NCBI RefSeq assembly: GCF_006345805.1
Contig: NC_043000.1
Span: 79,236,001 to 79,300,000 of the forward strand
Reading direction: 5' to 3'
Length of the DNA stretch: 64,000 nucleotides
Origin: Octopus sinensis
Taxonomy: Eukaryota
This document shows, one piece after another, positions 36,298-48,628 of the stretch (within the stretch, counting starts at the first letter, position 1; every line of letters begins with the position of its first letter). Made by a program: the position numbers and the translations under genes. The notes under the pieces were generated by a model. That model was not told the origin of the DNA. It made no database searches and saw only the letters and a program-made list of their open reading frames with translations.

Positions 36298-36513
36298 TAA
36301 TCAAAATAAGCAACAAGGATATCCAGAGGTAATGCAGTATGATCATTTCATGCGACTCCATTTAATTGAACAATGCAAATATTACATCAGTTTTAAAATG
36401 TAGAGCAATCTTCAGCTGCATAAAAATATAGAATTTAGTTAAATTCAAAGGATTCATTTGTATAGTTATTCTATTAACCAAAATTTTGGATATCCTTGTT
36501 GCTTATTTTGATT
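36298..36513 (-). repeat. PLE pseudo-LTR with 27-bp inverted ends
   Basis: aatcaaaataagcaacaaggatatcca / tggatatccttgttgcttattttgatt. Confidence 0.85.
36332..36421 (-). ncRNA. Type I hammerhead-like motif (AUA triplet; predicted cut 36338/36337)
   Basis: AUGCAG CUGAAGA U UGC...GCA U GAAA UGAUCA UA CUGCAU: 6-bp stem I, palindromic AUGAUCAU stem III, U-U at the base of stem II. Confidence 0.65.
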
Positions 36514-36639
36514 GTAATCACCCCATTTTGAATTATATGGATAATTCCATACCAAATTCTGATGCCTTTAACTTAAGTACCATATTCAACTGAATCTAAA
36601 TTTTACTGAACTATATATATATATATATATTGATTCAGT

Positions 36640-36950
36640 TCAATACGGCTTAAAGTTTTACTGGTCTTTAGCAGAAGCCTGTCTCTTTCAGGCTTTAGAT
36701 GGGCTTCTGCTGTCTCAGTTAAAAATCTTTCAACCTCAATACTAACACACCCATCTGCCTTTTTTGAATTTAGTAGACGCTGGTAGTTTGATTCTGCTTG
36801 CTGTTAACATGCTTCTATTTGCCTACTATGAGTGGTGTTGGACGTAGTGGATGTTTATTTTGGTACTATCCGATTTTTGATCTGTTCCTCATGTTAGGCT
36901 GTACATGAGAAATTTTATTATCTGATTTTCAATATTCGGTGTTCTAGAGA
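36640..36950 (-). mobile_element. Possible PLE GIY-YIG C-terminal remnant
   Basis: Degenerate SRQIEAC.QQAE...LLNSK resembles the R.I.EA..I.....LN motif. Confidence 0.4.
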
Positions 36951-37171
36951 CATACAAAGACTTCCCCACATATATTCATGTATACATGCCCATATACACA
37001 TACAGATATACTCACAGATACTTTCGTACATATACAATTACTTACACACATATATATACATACATATGCATCTCTCTGCATCCCCATATTCATACATATG
37101 TACATATATACATATATACATATATATACATATATATATATATATTATATATATATATATATATAATATAT

Positions 37172-37237
<66 letters not shown>

Positions 37238-37506
37238 ATATATATATGCACATACACACACACATATATACACATATGCATACGTACATACATACTCTGA
37301 TTCTGATTATCAAATACATTCTTACATATACATACACACACATACATTTATTTACATGTCCCATGACATCACCATCATCATTTAACGTCTGCTTTCCCTG
37401 CTGGCATGGGTTAGATGGTTTGATTCAAACTGGTAAGCCACAGAACTGCACCAGGTTCCAGTCTGATTTTGGCTTATGCTTTTCATATATACATATATTG
37501 ATATAC

Positions 37507-37554
<48 letters not shown>

Positions 37555-37559
<5 letters not shown>

Positions 37560-38280
37560 AAGAAAGAGATGCACGTGCATGTAATGATTCTGCAAAGAAA
37601 GAGGTTTTCGAAATTACATTATGAAAGACTGCTGAATGTAGAGAATGAGTGGGAGGAGGAGAGTCTGCCAAATGTTGATTCAAATGAGAGACCAGCTACC
37701 TGAATCAACAGTTCCATGGTAGATAAAGCAATTAAGGATATGAAAACAGGAATCTCCACTGAGATGCTTAAAATATCTGGCAGTGTGGGTTATGGTCTAG
37801 TTACCAGTATTGTAAATCAGATAGTTCACGAAGGAGTCATACACAATGACTGGTGTAGCAGCACCATAGTCAGCTGTTACAAAGGTAAAGGTGATGTCTT
37901 AGATAGAAATAATTACAGAGGTATCAAATAGCTGGATCAGGTGATGAAGGTTACGGAAAGAGTCATAGCCCAGTTAATTAAGGAGAGAGTTGATTTAGTT
38001 GAAATGCAGTTTGGTTTTGTGTCGGGAAGAAGCACCCTTGATGCTATATATATATTTCTGGTGAGGCAGCTGCAGGAAAAATACACAACCAAAGATAAAC
38101 CTCTGTACTTGCCCTTTGTTGGCTTGGAATGGTTGGTGTTAGGAAGGGCATCCAGTCATGCAAAACCATGCCAAATCAGACTGGAGTCTGGTGCAGCCTT
38201 CCAGATTATGAGTCTGGTCAAACCATTCAACCCATGCCAGCATGGACAATAGACATTAAATGATGATGATGATGATGATA
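37555..38280 (+). mobile_element. RTE LINE derivative: RT N-terminal half fused directly to the 3' tail
   Basis: YKGKGDVLDRNNYRGIK, QFGFVSGRST.DAI..VRQLQEKY..KDKPLYL.FV.LE, then tggttggtgttaggaagggcatcc and (GAT)n. Confidence 0.88.
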
Positions 38281-38302
38281 TATATATATATATATATATG
38301 AT

Positions 38303-38700
38303 AGGCGCAGGAGTGGCTGTGTGGTAAGTAGCTTGTTTACCAACCACATGGTTCCGGGTTCAGTCCCACTGCGTGGCACATTGGGCAAGTGTCTTCTACT
38401 ACACCCTCGGGCCGACCAAAGCCTTGTGAGTGGATTTGGTTGACGGAAACTGAAAGAAGCCCGTTGTATATATGTATATATATGTATGTGCGTGTATGTT
38501 TGTGTGTCTGTGTTTGTCCCCCTAGCATTGCTTGACAACCGATGCTGTTGTGTTTATGTCCCCGTCACTTAGCGGTTCAGCAAAAGAGACCGATAGAATA
38601 AGTACTGGGCTTACAAAGAATAAGTCCTGGGGTCGAGTTGCTCGATTAAAGGCGGTGCTCCAGCATGGCCACAGTCAAAATGACTCAAACAAGTAAAAAA
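38303..38700 (+). mobile_element. SINE family A (well preserved)
   Basis: ggcgcaggagtggctgtgtgg A-box, gggttcagtcc B-box, tgggcaagtgtcttc, tail tgactcaaacaagtaaaa. Confidence 0.9.
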
Positions 38701-38721
38701 AAAAAAGATATATATATATAT

Positions 38722-39165
38722 AGGCACAGGAGTAGTTGTGTGGTAAGTAGCTTGCTTACCAACCACATGGTTCCAGGTTCCGTCCCACTGTGCGGCACCT
38801 TGGGCAAGTGTCATTCTACAGCCTCAGGATGATCAAAACCTTATGAGTGGATTTGGTAGATGGAAACTGAAAGAAGCCCATCGTATATGTATGTATGTTT
38901 GTATGTATGTATATATCTATCAATCTATCTATCCATATATCTATGTGTGTATATATGTTTGTGTCTGTGTTTTCACCCCCACCATCACTTGACAACCAAT
39001 GCTGATTCGTTTATCTCCCCATAGTTTAGCGGTTCAGCAAAAGAGACCAAAAGAATAAGCATTAGGCTTACAAAGAATAAGTCCTGAGGCCAATTTGCTT
39101 GACTAAAGGTGGTGCTCTAGCATGACCACAGTCAAATGACTGAAACAAGTAAAAGAATAAAAGAA
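38722..39165 (+). mobile_element. SINE family A (tandem second copy)
   Basis: Same blocks as 38303-38700. Confidence 0.9.
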
Positions 39166-39224
39166 TATATATATACATATATGTATATATGTATATACAT
39201 ATGTGTATATACATATATGTATAT

Positions 39225-41092
39225 GTGACTGCTAGGAAATCTTTCATCCAGTTCGATAACAAGTTGTGGGTCCGTAGAGATACCCCTAATGCGTTTGATG
39301 TACTAATGGGAAGTACAGACAGCGCCCAGATAGCCGATTTGGTCGGAATTTATATTCTTTATGAAATGGCTGACCAATTCCCGGACATCTGTGGAGGTCT
39401 TTATCGCGACGATTGTCTGCTTTACCTCCAAAACGTTTTAAACCAAAAAATACAGAAGGTTAAGAACAGATTAGTTAGGTTTTTTAGTAGAATGGGCTTG
39501 CGCATAGTTTTTGACGATGAATTAACTAAAGCCAACTTCTTGGACATTACCCTCAATCTGCAGAATAACTCATACTTCCCTTATCATAAATCTTCCACTA
39601 ATCTTAAGTATATCAGCATTTTCAGTAATCATGCCAAGCCAATTACCGATAATTTAGTTAAAAACATATCTCTGAGTCTGTCGAAATTATCTGCTAATGT
39701 TGACATCTTTAACCAAAAGGCAGACTTCTATAATGCCGCCTTGTCAAGAGCCGGTTATAAGAAGAAAGTGTCATACATCAACCCAGAACATCTACTTCTC
39801 CAGATAGTAAAGTTACTCGTAATAGGAATAATGATTTCAATTCTAATAGTGCCAGCAACCCTGTACATAAAATAAATTCTTTATGGACTAGGGAAGGTAA
39901 GTGCCATGCAACCCCAAATATCCAACCCAGAAATTTTCCCCTTACTATCACAAACAACACTAAGAACAATTCAAAGGCCACAAAAAACTGTATCTGGTTT
40001 GTAATACCTTTCGGAAAACAAATTAAATCGAACCTTCCCTTACAGTTCCGTGAAGCCGTTGCTAGGAACTTTCCCACAAATTCTAGATATCATTCTATTA
40101 TCAATTCACACAAGGTCAGAATAGCTTTCTCTAACACTAGGAATCTTTCACAAATTATATCTTCCCACAATACCAAGCTGCTAAACAAAGATTCTTCACC
40201 CAGGAGTTCCAACACTAATCTTGCTAATTCCAACCCATCATACAATTATAATAATAGAAATAGTATTAATAGTAGCAGCATTAGTAGCAGCAAAGGTGTT
40301 AACAATGATAATATTAATAATAGTATTAGTCGTGATAATAACAATGGTAGTGTTGATGGTAACAACAATAACAGTATTATTGTCGGTGGTATTACTGGTT
40401 GTAATACCATTAATAATACTAATAATAATAGAAATAGTGTAGTTGTTAGTGCTAATAATAATAGTAACAACAGTAATAACAATAAAAACTTCGTCTCGAT
40501 CTCGGACAACCCTAACAGAATTAAATTTTTGTCCAGTAATTCTAAGATTAAGAATGCTATTTACCAGTGTAGAATTTCTTCCAGTACCGATGTCTTCTTC
40601 TATATAGGAGCTTCCACTTCCCAGTTATCCAAGAGAATTTCAAACCACTACTCAACATTCAGAGATAGTAAAAAACGTCATAGCACAGGGCTAAGTAAAT
40701 TAGTTTGGCGTCTTAAAGACAACAATATAATTTTCAAGTTAGATTGGTTCATACTGTCTGTATCCTTTCCTTTTGATAAAGGCAGGAGATTCTGTAACAT
40801 TTGTAACTCTGAATTCTTCCATATTCTTTTCGCTATGGTTCCCCTAGTAAACACACTCATAGAAAAATCGTACAAATGTAAACACTGGCAGAAACACACT
40901 TTCTACTCATATGAATGATAACGATAGTCACTGTGGTTTGAAAATTAGCTTTACGTCCACCACACTGCTATAGAGAAATTCTTTCCTAAGCCTTCGAACA
41001 TTCTTTCAATCAACGTACCCTTCCCTCTTCACTTGTTCCCTAACTATTATTCCTTTATACCTTCCCTTCCTACTATCTATCTTTGACATCTG

Positions 41093-41126
<34 letters not shown>

Positions 41127-41485
41127 AAATGCAGTTATACACACACACAAACGCACGCACTCATCAACACAAGCACACACCCACACATTTTCATACATAC
41201 AGCAAACATACTGTTCCCTTCTCTTCCTACTATCTATTTTTAGCATCAATTCTTCTAACGGTTTTTTTTAAAGAAACACACTCATTATCGCTTTGTTTAC
41301 CATGTAGGCAATCATCGAAATTTTTGTTTGTCTTGTTGTCGAGAGAGGCTCCCTTGCTTTCCTGATGAGAAGATTGCATAATGCACCCTTTATTCCTTTG
41401 GAATGAGAACATGCTGACTTCGAAACATGTGTCGAGAGTAAAGGAATTTTGTTAACATCTTCGTTCGACTCCATTCTTTCATTTA

Positions 41486-41488
<3 letters not shown>
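39225..41488 (+). mobile_element. 5'-truncated Penelope-like element, Naiad-like (RT + GIY-YIG + pseudo-LTR)
   Basis: FDVLMGSTDSAQIADLVG, GLYRDD, NFLDITLNL; one frameshift near 39780; AIYQC...FYIG...KRISNH...CNIC...KCKH. Confidence 0.92.
41351..41444 (+). ncRNA. Canonical-core type I hammerhead ribozyme (GUC; predicted cut after 41433)
   Basis: GCUUUC CUGAUGA GAAG [two internal hairpins] CUUC GAAAC AUGU GUC GAGAGU; stem III ACAUGUGU is self-complementary with two G-U pairs. Confidence 0.85.
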
Positions 41489-41543
<55 letters not shown>

Positions 41544-41544
41544 A

Positions 41545-41750
41545 CATGGCATTCATACCAGTAGCACGTAAAAGCACCCATTGCACTCTCAGAGTGGTTG
41601 GTGTTAGGAAGGGTATCCAGCTGTATAAAACCATGCCAAATCAGACTGGAGTCTGATGCAGCCTTCCAGCTTACCAGTCCTGGTCACACCATCCAACTCA
41701 TGCCAGCATGGACAAAGGACATTAAATGATGATGATGATAATGATGATTG
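41545..41750 (+). mobile_element. RTE 3' tail fragment
   Basis: aaaagcaccc...gtggttggtgttaggaagggtatccag...(GAT)n. Confidence 0.8.
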
Positions 41751-42443
41751 ACATAGACATATGTGTGTATGTGTGTGTGTGTGTGTATATATATATTTAC
41801 AATAGAAACATTAGTGTTCGTATTGTACTAGATATTCCATATGTGTTGATCTAATGCATCCAAAAATAATGCACAGTTATATATAATTATATATAGAGTG
41901 TAAGCAAACTAGCAGTTGGATTTATGTTTATCAATACATGTGTGCAAATGTGAAAATGGATGTAATTAATTGTTTTATTAGACGAATTTATTAAGGTTTT
42001 CAGATTCAATAAAAAATTCCCCTTTGATGTTCAGACAATAAGTCAACTGGTTGAGTGACAAGTTATATCTGTGATGGCCTTCGAATACTTGATTATCAAA
42101 GCGAGCTGTCTAGCCACTTTATTTATAGGTGATACAATGGGATGGAAACTTGTATTGGATTGTCAAGCCATAACGGAGCTACCTTCTTTGTCAAATTCAG
42201 TACTCTAATGATTCAAACAATTCACTGCATTACACACACACGCTTTCACCCCCACATCCCCACACACATTCACTCCCACACTCTCACCTCCACCACACAC
42301 ACACCTATTCACCTCCACACACATTCACCCCACACGCATTCACGCCCCCTACACACACACACTCCCATGCACACATACAGACATCACCATAAGATACTAG
42401 ACTATTTTAGGTGATTGTGAACAAAAGGCCAGCAAATATTTAC

Positions 42444-42591
42444 CTGTTTTAATATAACCAGTTGAGTAATTCATTTGTCTCTTTGCAATTAGAATTGGTT
42501 GGTCAAAAGCTGATCTTCGATGGCGATGAATAAGATGTTGGGGCAAACTTTTCACCAACATTTCAGTTCCATTTATCATCATAGCTCCTTC
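42444..42591 (-). CDS. Host metalloprotease exon E5 (148 bp, phase 0-1): EGAMMINGTEMLVKSLPQHLIHRHRRSAFDQPILIAKRQMNYSTGYIKT
   Basis: ttttatctattag acceptor, ACAG|gtaaat donor; prodomain end with RHRR basic site; G|AT joins E6. Confidence 0.9.
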
Positions 42592-42799
42592 CTAATAGAT
42601 AAAAATATGCTATATTGACAATGTTATCTTTAGACATTGATGTTAGTAACAAATTAAGAACTTTTGTTTGTGTTTTTCAGTGTATTACTGTTGTGATTAT
42701 TGTTGCGGTTGTTTAGTCTCAAATGGCCCTAATACAGAAAACCTATTATCAAAGGTCTTCCAGCTATGAATATCTCGTCTTTTTTTTGGACTAGTATAT

Positions 42800-43500
42800 C
42801 TTGGACTTTATTATCCAATGTGCCCTTGTTTTATAATGGTAGGATATGATTCAAGAGAAATTTGGCTACTTTTTCTAGTAAGTTAAGTGGTATCATTTTT
42901 GGTCCGCTCTTCTATGTGAAGAAAATTGTGTTGCTTCTAAAAATCTCATCATCTTAGACTGCAGCTAAAAAATGGCAGCCCACTATTCAGAAAAGACTCA
43001 CCAACACAATACAACCACATGACCCAGCTATGACCACTTGGCCATCAATGTTCTCCATCTTGCTATTCAACCATGACTACTACATAGATTTTGCTTCTTT
43101 AAACCATAACACTCTGTGCCTCCCCAACCTGCATTTTTATAGGCAGCCTTAAAGTGTGACTACTGAACAGTTATTGTTGTACAAAGAAATTATCCTATAT
43201 TTTAAGAGACAGAGGTTGTCATGGATTGATCTATTAAGTTTGTGCAGTAGATTTGACAGTACTAATGACAAATGACAATCTCTGTGAGGACATTGGCTGT
43301 TTAACTTTGCATTCAGCAAAGTTATGGGTCTGAAGTCATCAGTTATGCTTCTCAAGTTTGCATCTTTCAACAGCAGCTCCATCAGTTTCAAGCTCACAAT
43401 CAGGAATGCTCTTGGTTTGCTGCCAGTTGCACTAGATGTTGGTGAAGACCATAGCCAGCAAGTCTGGCACATAAATGTAAAGCTTGTGAGGTAAGCCATT
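42800..43500 (-). mobile_element. Old L1/Tx1-like RT fragment
   Basis: LLLKDANL....DDFRPITLLNA and RSIHDNL motifs on minus. Confidence 0.5.
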
Positions 43501-43604
43501 CAAATCCAAGCATTTACCAGAAGTAGTATCATATAAAAATATCGTAATATCATAACAAGGAGTAGTATTAAAACCAGATACACAACATTAACTATCACAC
43601 TTAC

Positions 43605-43854
43605 TAATATTTCTCCACAATGTGAGAAAGAAGCCAAGCCTCCATGTGAGATGATATTCCCAATGAGATAACAAGATTTCAGGTCTTTAATATCCACTAG
43701 TTCTTCTTTAGAACCATCTGCAAAGCTAACCACAGAGTTAGGATGGAGTACTGAAACATTTGGTGTCAATTTTATGACTAAAGATTCTTCATCGATAGAG
43801 AGGTGAAGCTTTAGTTCCCTTTTGGTAAATTTTTTTAGAATATTTGCATGGAAA
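43605..43854 (-). CDS. Host metalloprotease exon E4 (250 bp, phase 2-0), prodomain: FHANILKKFTKRELKLHL...KLTPNVSVLHPNSVV...SCYLIGNIISHGGLASFSHCGEIL
   Basis: ttttatctttttcag acceptor, TTA|gtaagt donor, 83 open codons; CY-x-G...A-x-x-S-x-C-G pattern of the M12B prodomain. Confidence 0.92.
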
Positions 43855-44177
43855 CTGAAAAAGATAAAATAATCGTATATATAATTATATATTCTTTTGT
43901 CTACCTTTGTAATTGCATATGCATAATACTAAAAAATGAAAGCATATGTGTGTATATATTTTTGCGTATAAAAATATGTATATAATATATAAGATATATC
44001 TATATATCTATCATGTTTTTATCTGTAATTGTTTTCAAGAAAACACACATCATGGTAAGTTACATTTTCAATTACTGTTGGTGAAGACAATTTACATCAT
44101 CATATTTTTAACGATATTTTTGCTTATGAAAACAAGTATTAACTTTGAGTTTCTTTATTCTTTTTGGCTTGTGTGTA

Positions 44178-44219
<42 letters not shown>

Positions 44220-44229
44220 AAAAAAACAA

Positions 44230-45625
44230 GTCAGGATAGAAATGCTAAAATAATTTTATAAAGAACATTTCAGTACCGGTATCAGTCATTGAGACCTTTT
44301 CAACTGTAACAATTAGATAATTAAATTTAGAAAAATTAAAAGAAAAGTATTTTTAAAAGTATATTTGTATAGTGTTCAAATATAAGTGGCATTTTCCTTG
44401 TTTCTGCCTTTCTCTGTCTCTCTTGTTTACTCTTGTGGGTTGGAGGTTGTTGTGAATTCTTGGTAGGGAAAAAGGAGGAGGAGGAGGAGGAGGAGGAGTA
44501 GGAAGAAGACGAAGAATCTGGGAGTGCCTTGATTGTAGTATTTTGAATGGTCAGTGGAGGCTAGCAGTTGCTGTTCAATTCATGAAAATATTTCTATTGA
44601 AAGTGTTGTTTATAGAATTTGCATAGGTGTTATACTAAAAAGCATTAGTGATAAAGTCAGGAAGGAGAAGGAAGGAGAAGGGGGAGAAGAAGAAGAAGAA
44701 GAAGAAGAAGAAGAAGAAGAAGAAGAAGAAAAAGAAGAAGAAGAAGAAGAAGAAGAAGAAGAAGAAGAAGAAAAGAAGAAGGAGAAGAAGAAGAAGGAGA
44801 AGAAGAAGAAGAAGAAGAAGAAGAAGAAGAAGAAGAAGAAGAAGAAGAAGAAGAAGAAGAAGAAAGAAAAGGGAAAATATGAATGAGTGAAAGTAGTGAG
44901 GTGTTGGATGACTTAAAGTTGGCATGTTATGGATTATAGCAGTGATTGGGGATGATTTTTAATGGGTTCTTAGGAATGTAATATTTGCGTGTGTATTTGT
45001 GTTATTCTAAGGCCGAGGTGGATATATCGTTTGTTGTAGACGCATTCAGAAGGGGCCTGTATTTTGTAATAAAGAGAGTTTCTTTACTAATTCGTTGGCT
45101 CCAGGTTGTATCGTCCCTGAATTGGTAGAGGGGGGAAATCCTGAAGCTTGGAGTTTTGTTGTTGGTGCAAATATCTATGTGTTGGCTAAATGCTATTTTT
45201 CTATTTTGGGGAATTTTTATCTGGGATGTGTGCAGGGCCATTCTTTTACGTAAACTATTTTTTGTTTGGCCTATGTATTGCTCTTGACACCCAGAGCAAG
45301 TTAGTGTGAGCAAGCACATGTGAAGTTGCTTTTCACTGTGAAACGTTGTCCCTGTTTGAAGGAGAACTATGATCCCTCAATTAGATAATCGCATATCCCG
45401 CAATTGGGTCTTCTACATTTTTTTACTGTCGGCTGTGTTGGTGAGCGTATTCGACTTGTGTTAGGAGACTTTTCATAGATTTGGGCTGTCTCTTGCTTTT
45501 ATGATCGTGTGTGTTTGGAGGATTAAGTTCATTCTGTGGTCCTTTTTTAGCAGGGGTATGTTTTGGAAGATGGTGTCGAAGGCTTCATTGTTGAGAGGGT
45601 TGTGTGTGGAGATGTATGGTAAGGC
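44230..45625 (-). mobile_element. PLE 3' fragment (linker, GIY-YIG, 3' region with (GAA)n and degenerate hammerhead at 44271-44310)
   Basis: LPYISTHNP, LTCSGCQEQYIGQTKNSLRKRM..H, R...ETLFITKYRPLLN. Confidence 0.88.
44675..44870. repeat. (GAA)n microsatellite
   Basis: Direct inspection. Confidence 0.97.
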
Positions 45626-45905
45626 TTTTGGTCATAAAGTCCGGGCAAGGTTGTTTATGGAAGGCCAGCAGTCGCCCATGCATACCAGCCTCCCCTCTCC
45701 ACGCCACCAGTGTTATCCAAGGGAAAGACAAAGGTCGATACAGCTTGGCACCAGTGACGTCGCAACTCATTTCTACAGCTGAGTGAACTGGAGCAACGTG
45801 AAATAAAGTGCCTTGCTCGAGAACACAACACGCAGCCCGGTCCGGGATTCGAGCTCACAACCTCACGATCGTAAGCTCGACGCTCTAACCACTGAGCCAT
45901 GCACC
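45625..45905 (-). mobile_element. SINE family D
   Basis: Homologous to 33272-33605; on minus ggctcagtggttagagcg and gtgagctcgaatccc boxes. Confidence 0.88.
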
Positions 45906-46441
45906 TTCACATATATATATATAAACATACATACATATATATATATACATACATATATATATGCATACATATATATATATACATACATATATATATATAT
46001 ACATACACATACATATGCTTCTTTAACTGTTGCAGTTATGTACAATAAAATGTATGTATATATGTATATATGTGTATTTGTTTGGATGAGTGTCTACTCA
46101 TATAGACATATAAATATTATGGTTTTATTATATATGTCCTTTGTTTTTGTTAAAATAGTATACACACTTATATCTATGTTTCCTCCTTCGCCCCACAATT
46201 ACATTGTGTCTGTTTCATTTATTTATATATTTTTATGCATACATTTGTTTTTCTTTTTGCTTTGTTAAAATAGTTATTCATAACTATTTGTAACTATCTT
46301 TCAAATTTAGCATGTGATGATGTGTGTATGTATGTAAGTACACGTATATGTTTGTATGTATATATATGTATGTTGTGTGTGCATACATACTTGTATATAT
46401 GCATATATACATACGTAAATAGACATACATACATATATATT

Positions 46442-46475
<34 letters not shown>

Positions 46476-46484
46476 TTAAAAATA

Positions 46485-46557
<73 letters not shown>

Positions 46558-46844
46558 GGGATTATATCCAAACTTACAGGGAAAAATTAGATTTAGGATT
46601 AAATCAAATTTCACAGTATAAATATAAATTAAATTAAAGATAAAACCACTATTAGGCAACTCAAGCAGTGATAGACATAAACCAATACATAAATAACAAA
46701 AAATATAAATATAATTAATATAATATATAATATATATATAAAATATTAAATTTAAAATTTAAATTTTTAAATTTTTATATTTTTTAATTAAAATTTTTTT
46801 TTTTATTAACCCAAAAAAGATAAATATAATATAATAAGTTAAAA

Positions 46845-46936
46845 CACTACGTACGTTTCATGGCTATAATTAAATTCGAATTACAATTAAATTCAATAGA
46901 AAATTCGAATTAAAATTATTGTCAATCTTCAGGTTA
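46845..46936 (-). ncRNA. Hammerhead-like motif, partly decayed (GUA)
   Basis: CUGAAGA U UGAC..long AU-rich stem..GCCA U GAAAC GUAC GUA GU; perfect ACGUACGU stem III, weak stem I. Confidence 0.55.
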
Positions 46937-47061
46937 ATGATAATAGTTAAATAAATAAGCAAATAGAGTTAAACAATATTTTTAAAGAAATAAATGAAAT
47001 AATAATTTTTCTTATAAAAACTGTATTATCTAAATTAGAAACTTAAAACATCTAAATATAA

Positions 47062-47465
47062 GCGCAAGAGTGGCTGTGTGGTAAGTAGCTTGCTTACCAG
47101 CCACATGGTTCTGGGTTCAGTCCCACTGCGTGGCATCTTGGGCAAGTGTCTTCTGCTATATACCCGGGCCGACCAATGCCTTGTTAGTGGATTTGGTTGA
47201 CGGAAACTGAAAGAAGCCTGTCGTATATATGTATATATATGTGTGTGTTTGTGTTTGTGTTTGTCCCCTAGCATTGCTTGACAACTGATGCTGGTGTGTT
47301 TACGTCTCTGTCACTTAGCGGTTCAGCAAAAGAGACCGATAGAATAAGTACTGGGCTTACAAAGTATAAGTCCCGGGGTCGAGTTGCTCGACTAAAGGTG
47401 GTGCGCCAGCATGGCCGCAGTCAAATGACTGAAACAAGTAAAAGAGTAAAAGAATAAAAGAGTAT
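47062..47465 (+). mobile_element. SINE family A
   Basis: Well-preserved head, middle and (aaagagt)n tail. Confidence 0.9.
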
Positions 47466-48628
47466 AAATACAAATTAGTTTACCTATATACTAAGTTTAA
47501 TTTATTATTGTTTAGCATTTTATTTTGAGTATTAATATGATATATAATATATATTTATTTTATACTACAGTTAAGTATATAGTTTGTAATAAATTCGTTA
47601 AATTAATCATTATGTATGTATTTTTTATATATTTCGAAGTAGATTTATTTAGATGTTTATTTAATTAATATTATATGATGAATTTTATTAGAATATAGTT
47701 TTTATATTAATTAGTGGTCATAATATAGATAATGTTTGAATTACTACTGAATTACTTTTGAATGTGTATAATAGTTATTTTTTATTTCATTTAAATTAAG
47801 ATTTGACTATAACGTAACCTTTTATTTAAAATTAATTTTTATAAGATTTTTACAGTATATAGAGTAATTGGTAGTTATATAAATTATTTAATTTATAGAG
47901 TATTGAGTATAATTTATTGTAGTTATTTTTGATGATAAATTTTATAGTATATAGGGGTTTTATTCTCTAATAGTGACTTTGTTCTCTTTACCTATTATAG
48001 TTAAACTATAGTTGTATCTTCCATTGATAATATTTATTCATAATTTTCAGTGATAAAATATATTCGTAGTTTTCATTGTTAAAAGAATTTTTCATCTGTT
48101 TATTCTATTTCTATTAATAACGTAATTCCACGAGTTTTCTTATTAACGCTTAAAAAACGTTTTCCGTTTTAAAATTTTAGTTAATGACACGATTTTTGAA
48201 AGCTAAGTAAACCTTTTCTATTTTAGATTTTTAAGTATTTTAGTAAGTTATATTGTATTATATTGTATACTATATAACTACTGATTGTTAATTTGATTCT
48301 ATAATTATTTAGTTGTTGAAGATATGTATTTAATTATTAGATTATAACTGTACGTTATTTGTAAGATATTACTTAGCCAAAGAGATATATAGATCGTAAA
48401 ATAGTTATACGGTTCTTTTACGATAGGTTAATAGTTTATAATTTGATTTTAATCTTTAATTTTTTAATGTATTTCATACATATATTATATTAATATTTAA
48501 TATTTATGTAAGTAATATTGGATTAATTAATTTATTTAATTTTCATTATAAGTCTATATATTTATTGATAGCGTAAATTTTAGATTTTAACTACTATATT
48601 ACTATTAATTTAAAAGATTTTTTTTTAA

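Noticed and set aside
39225-40918. Selenocysteine recoding as reported for some Naiad PLEs
   Set aside because: No in-frame internal TGA was seen in the reconstructed frame, and the terminal TGA is followed by TAA.
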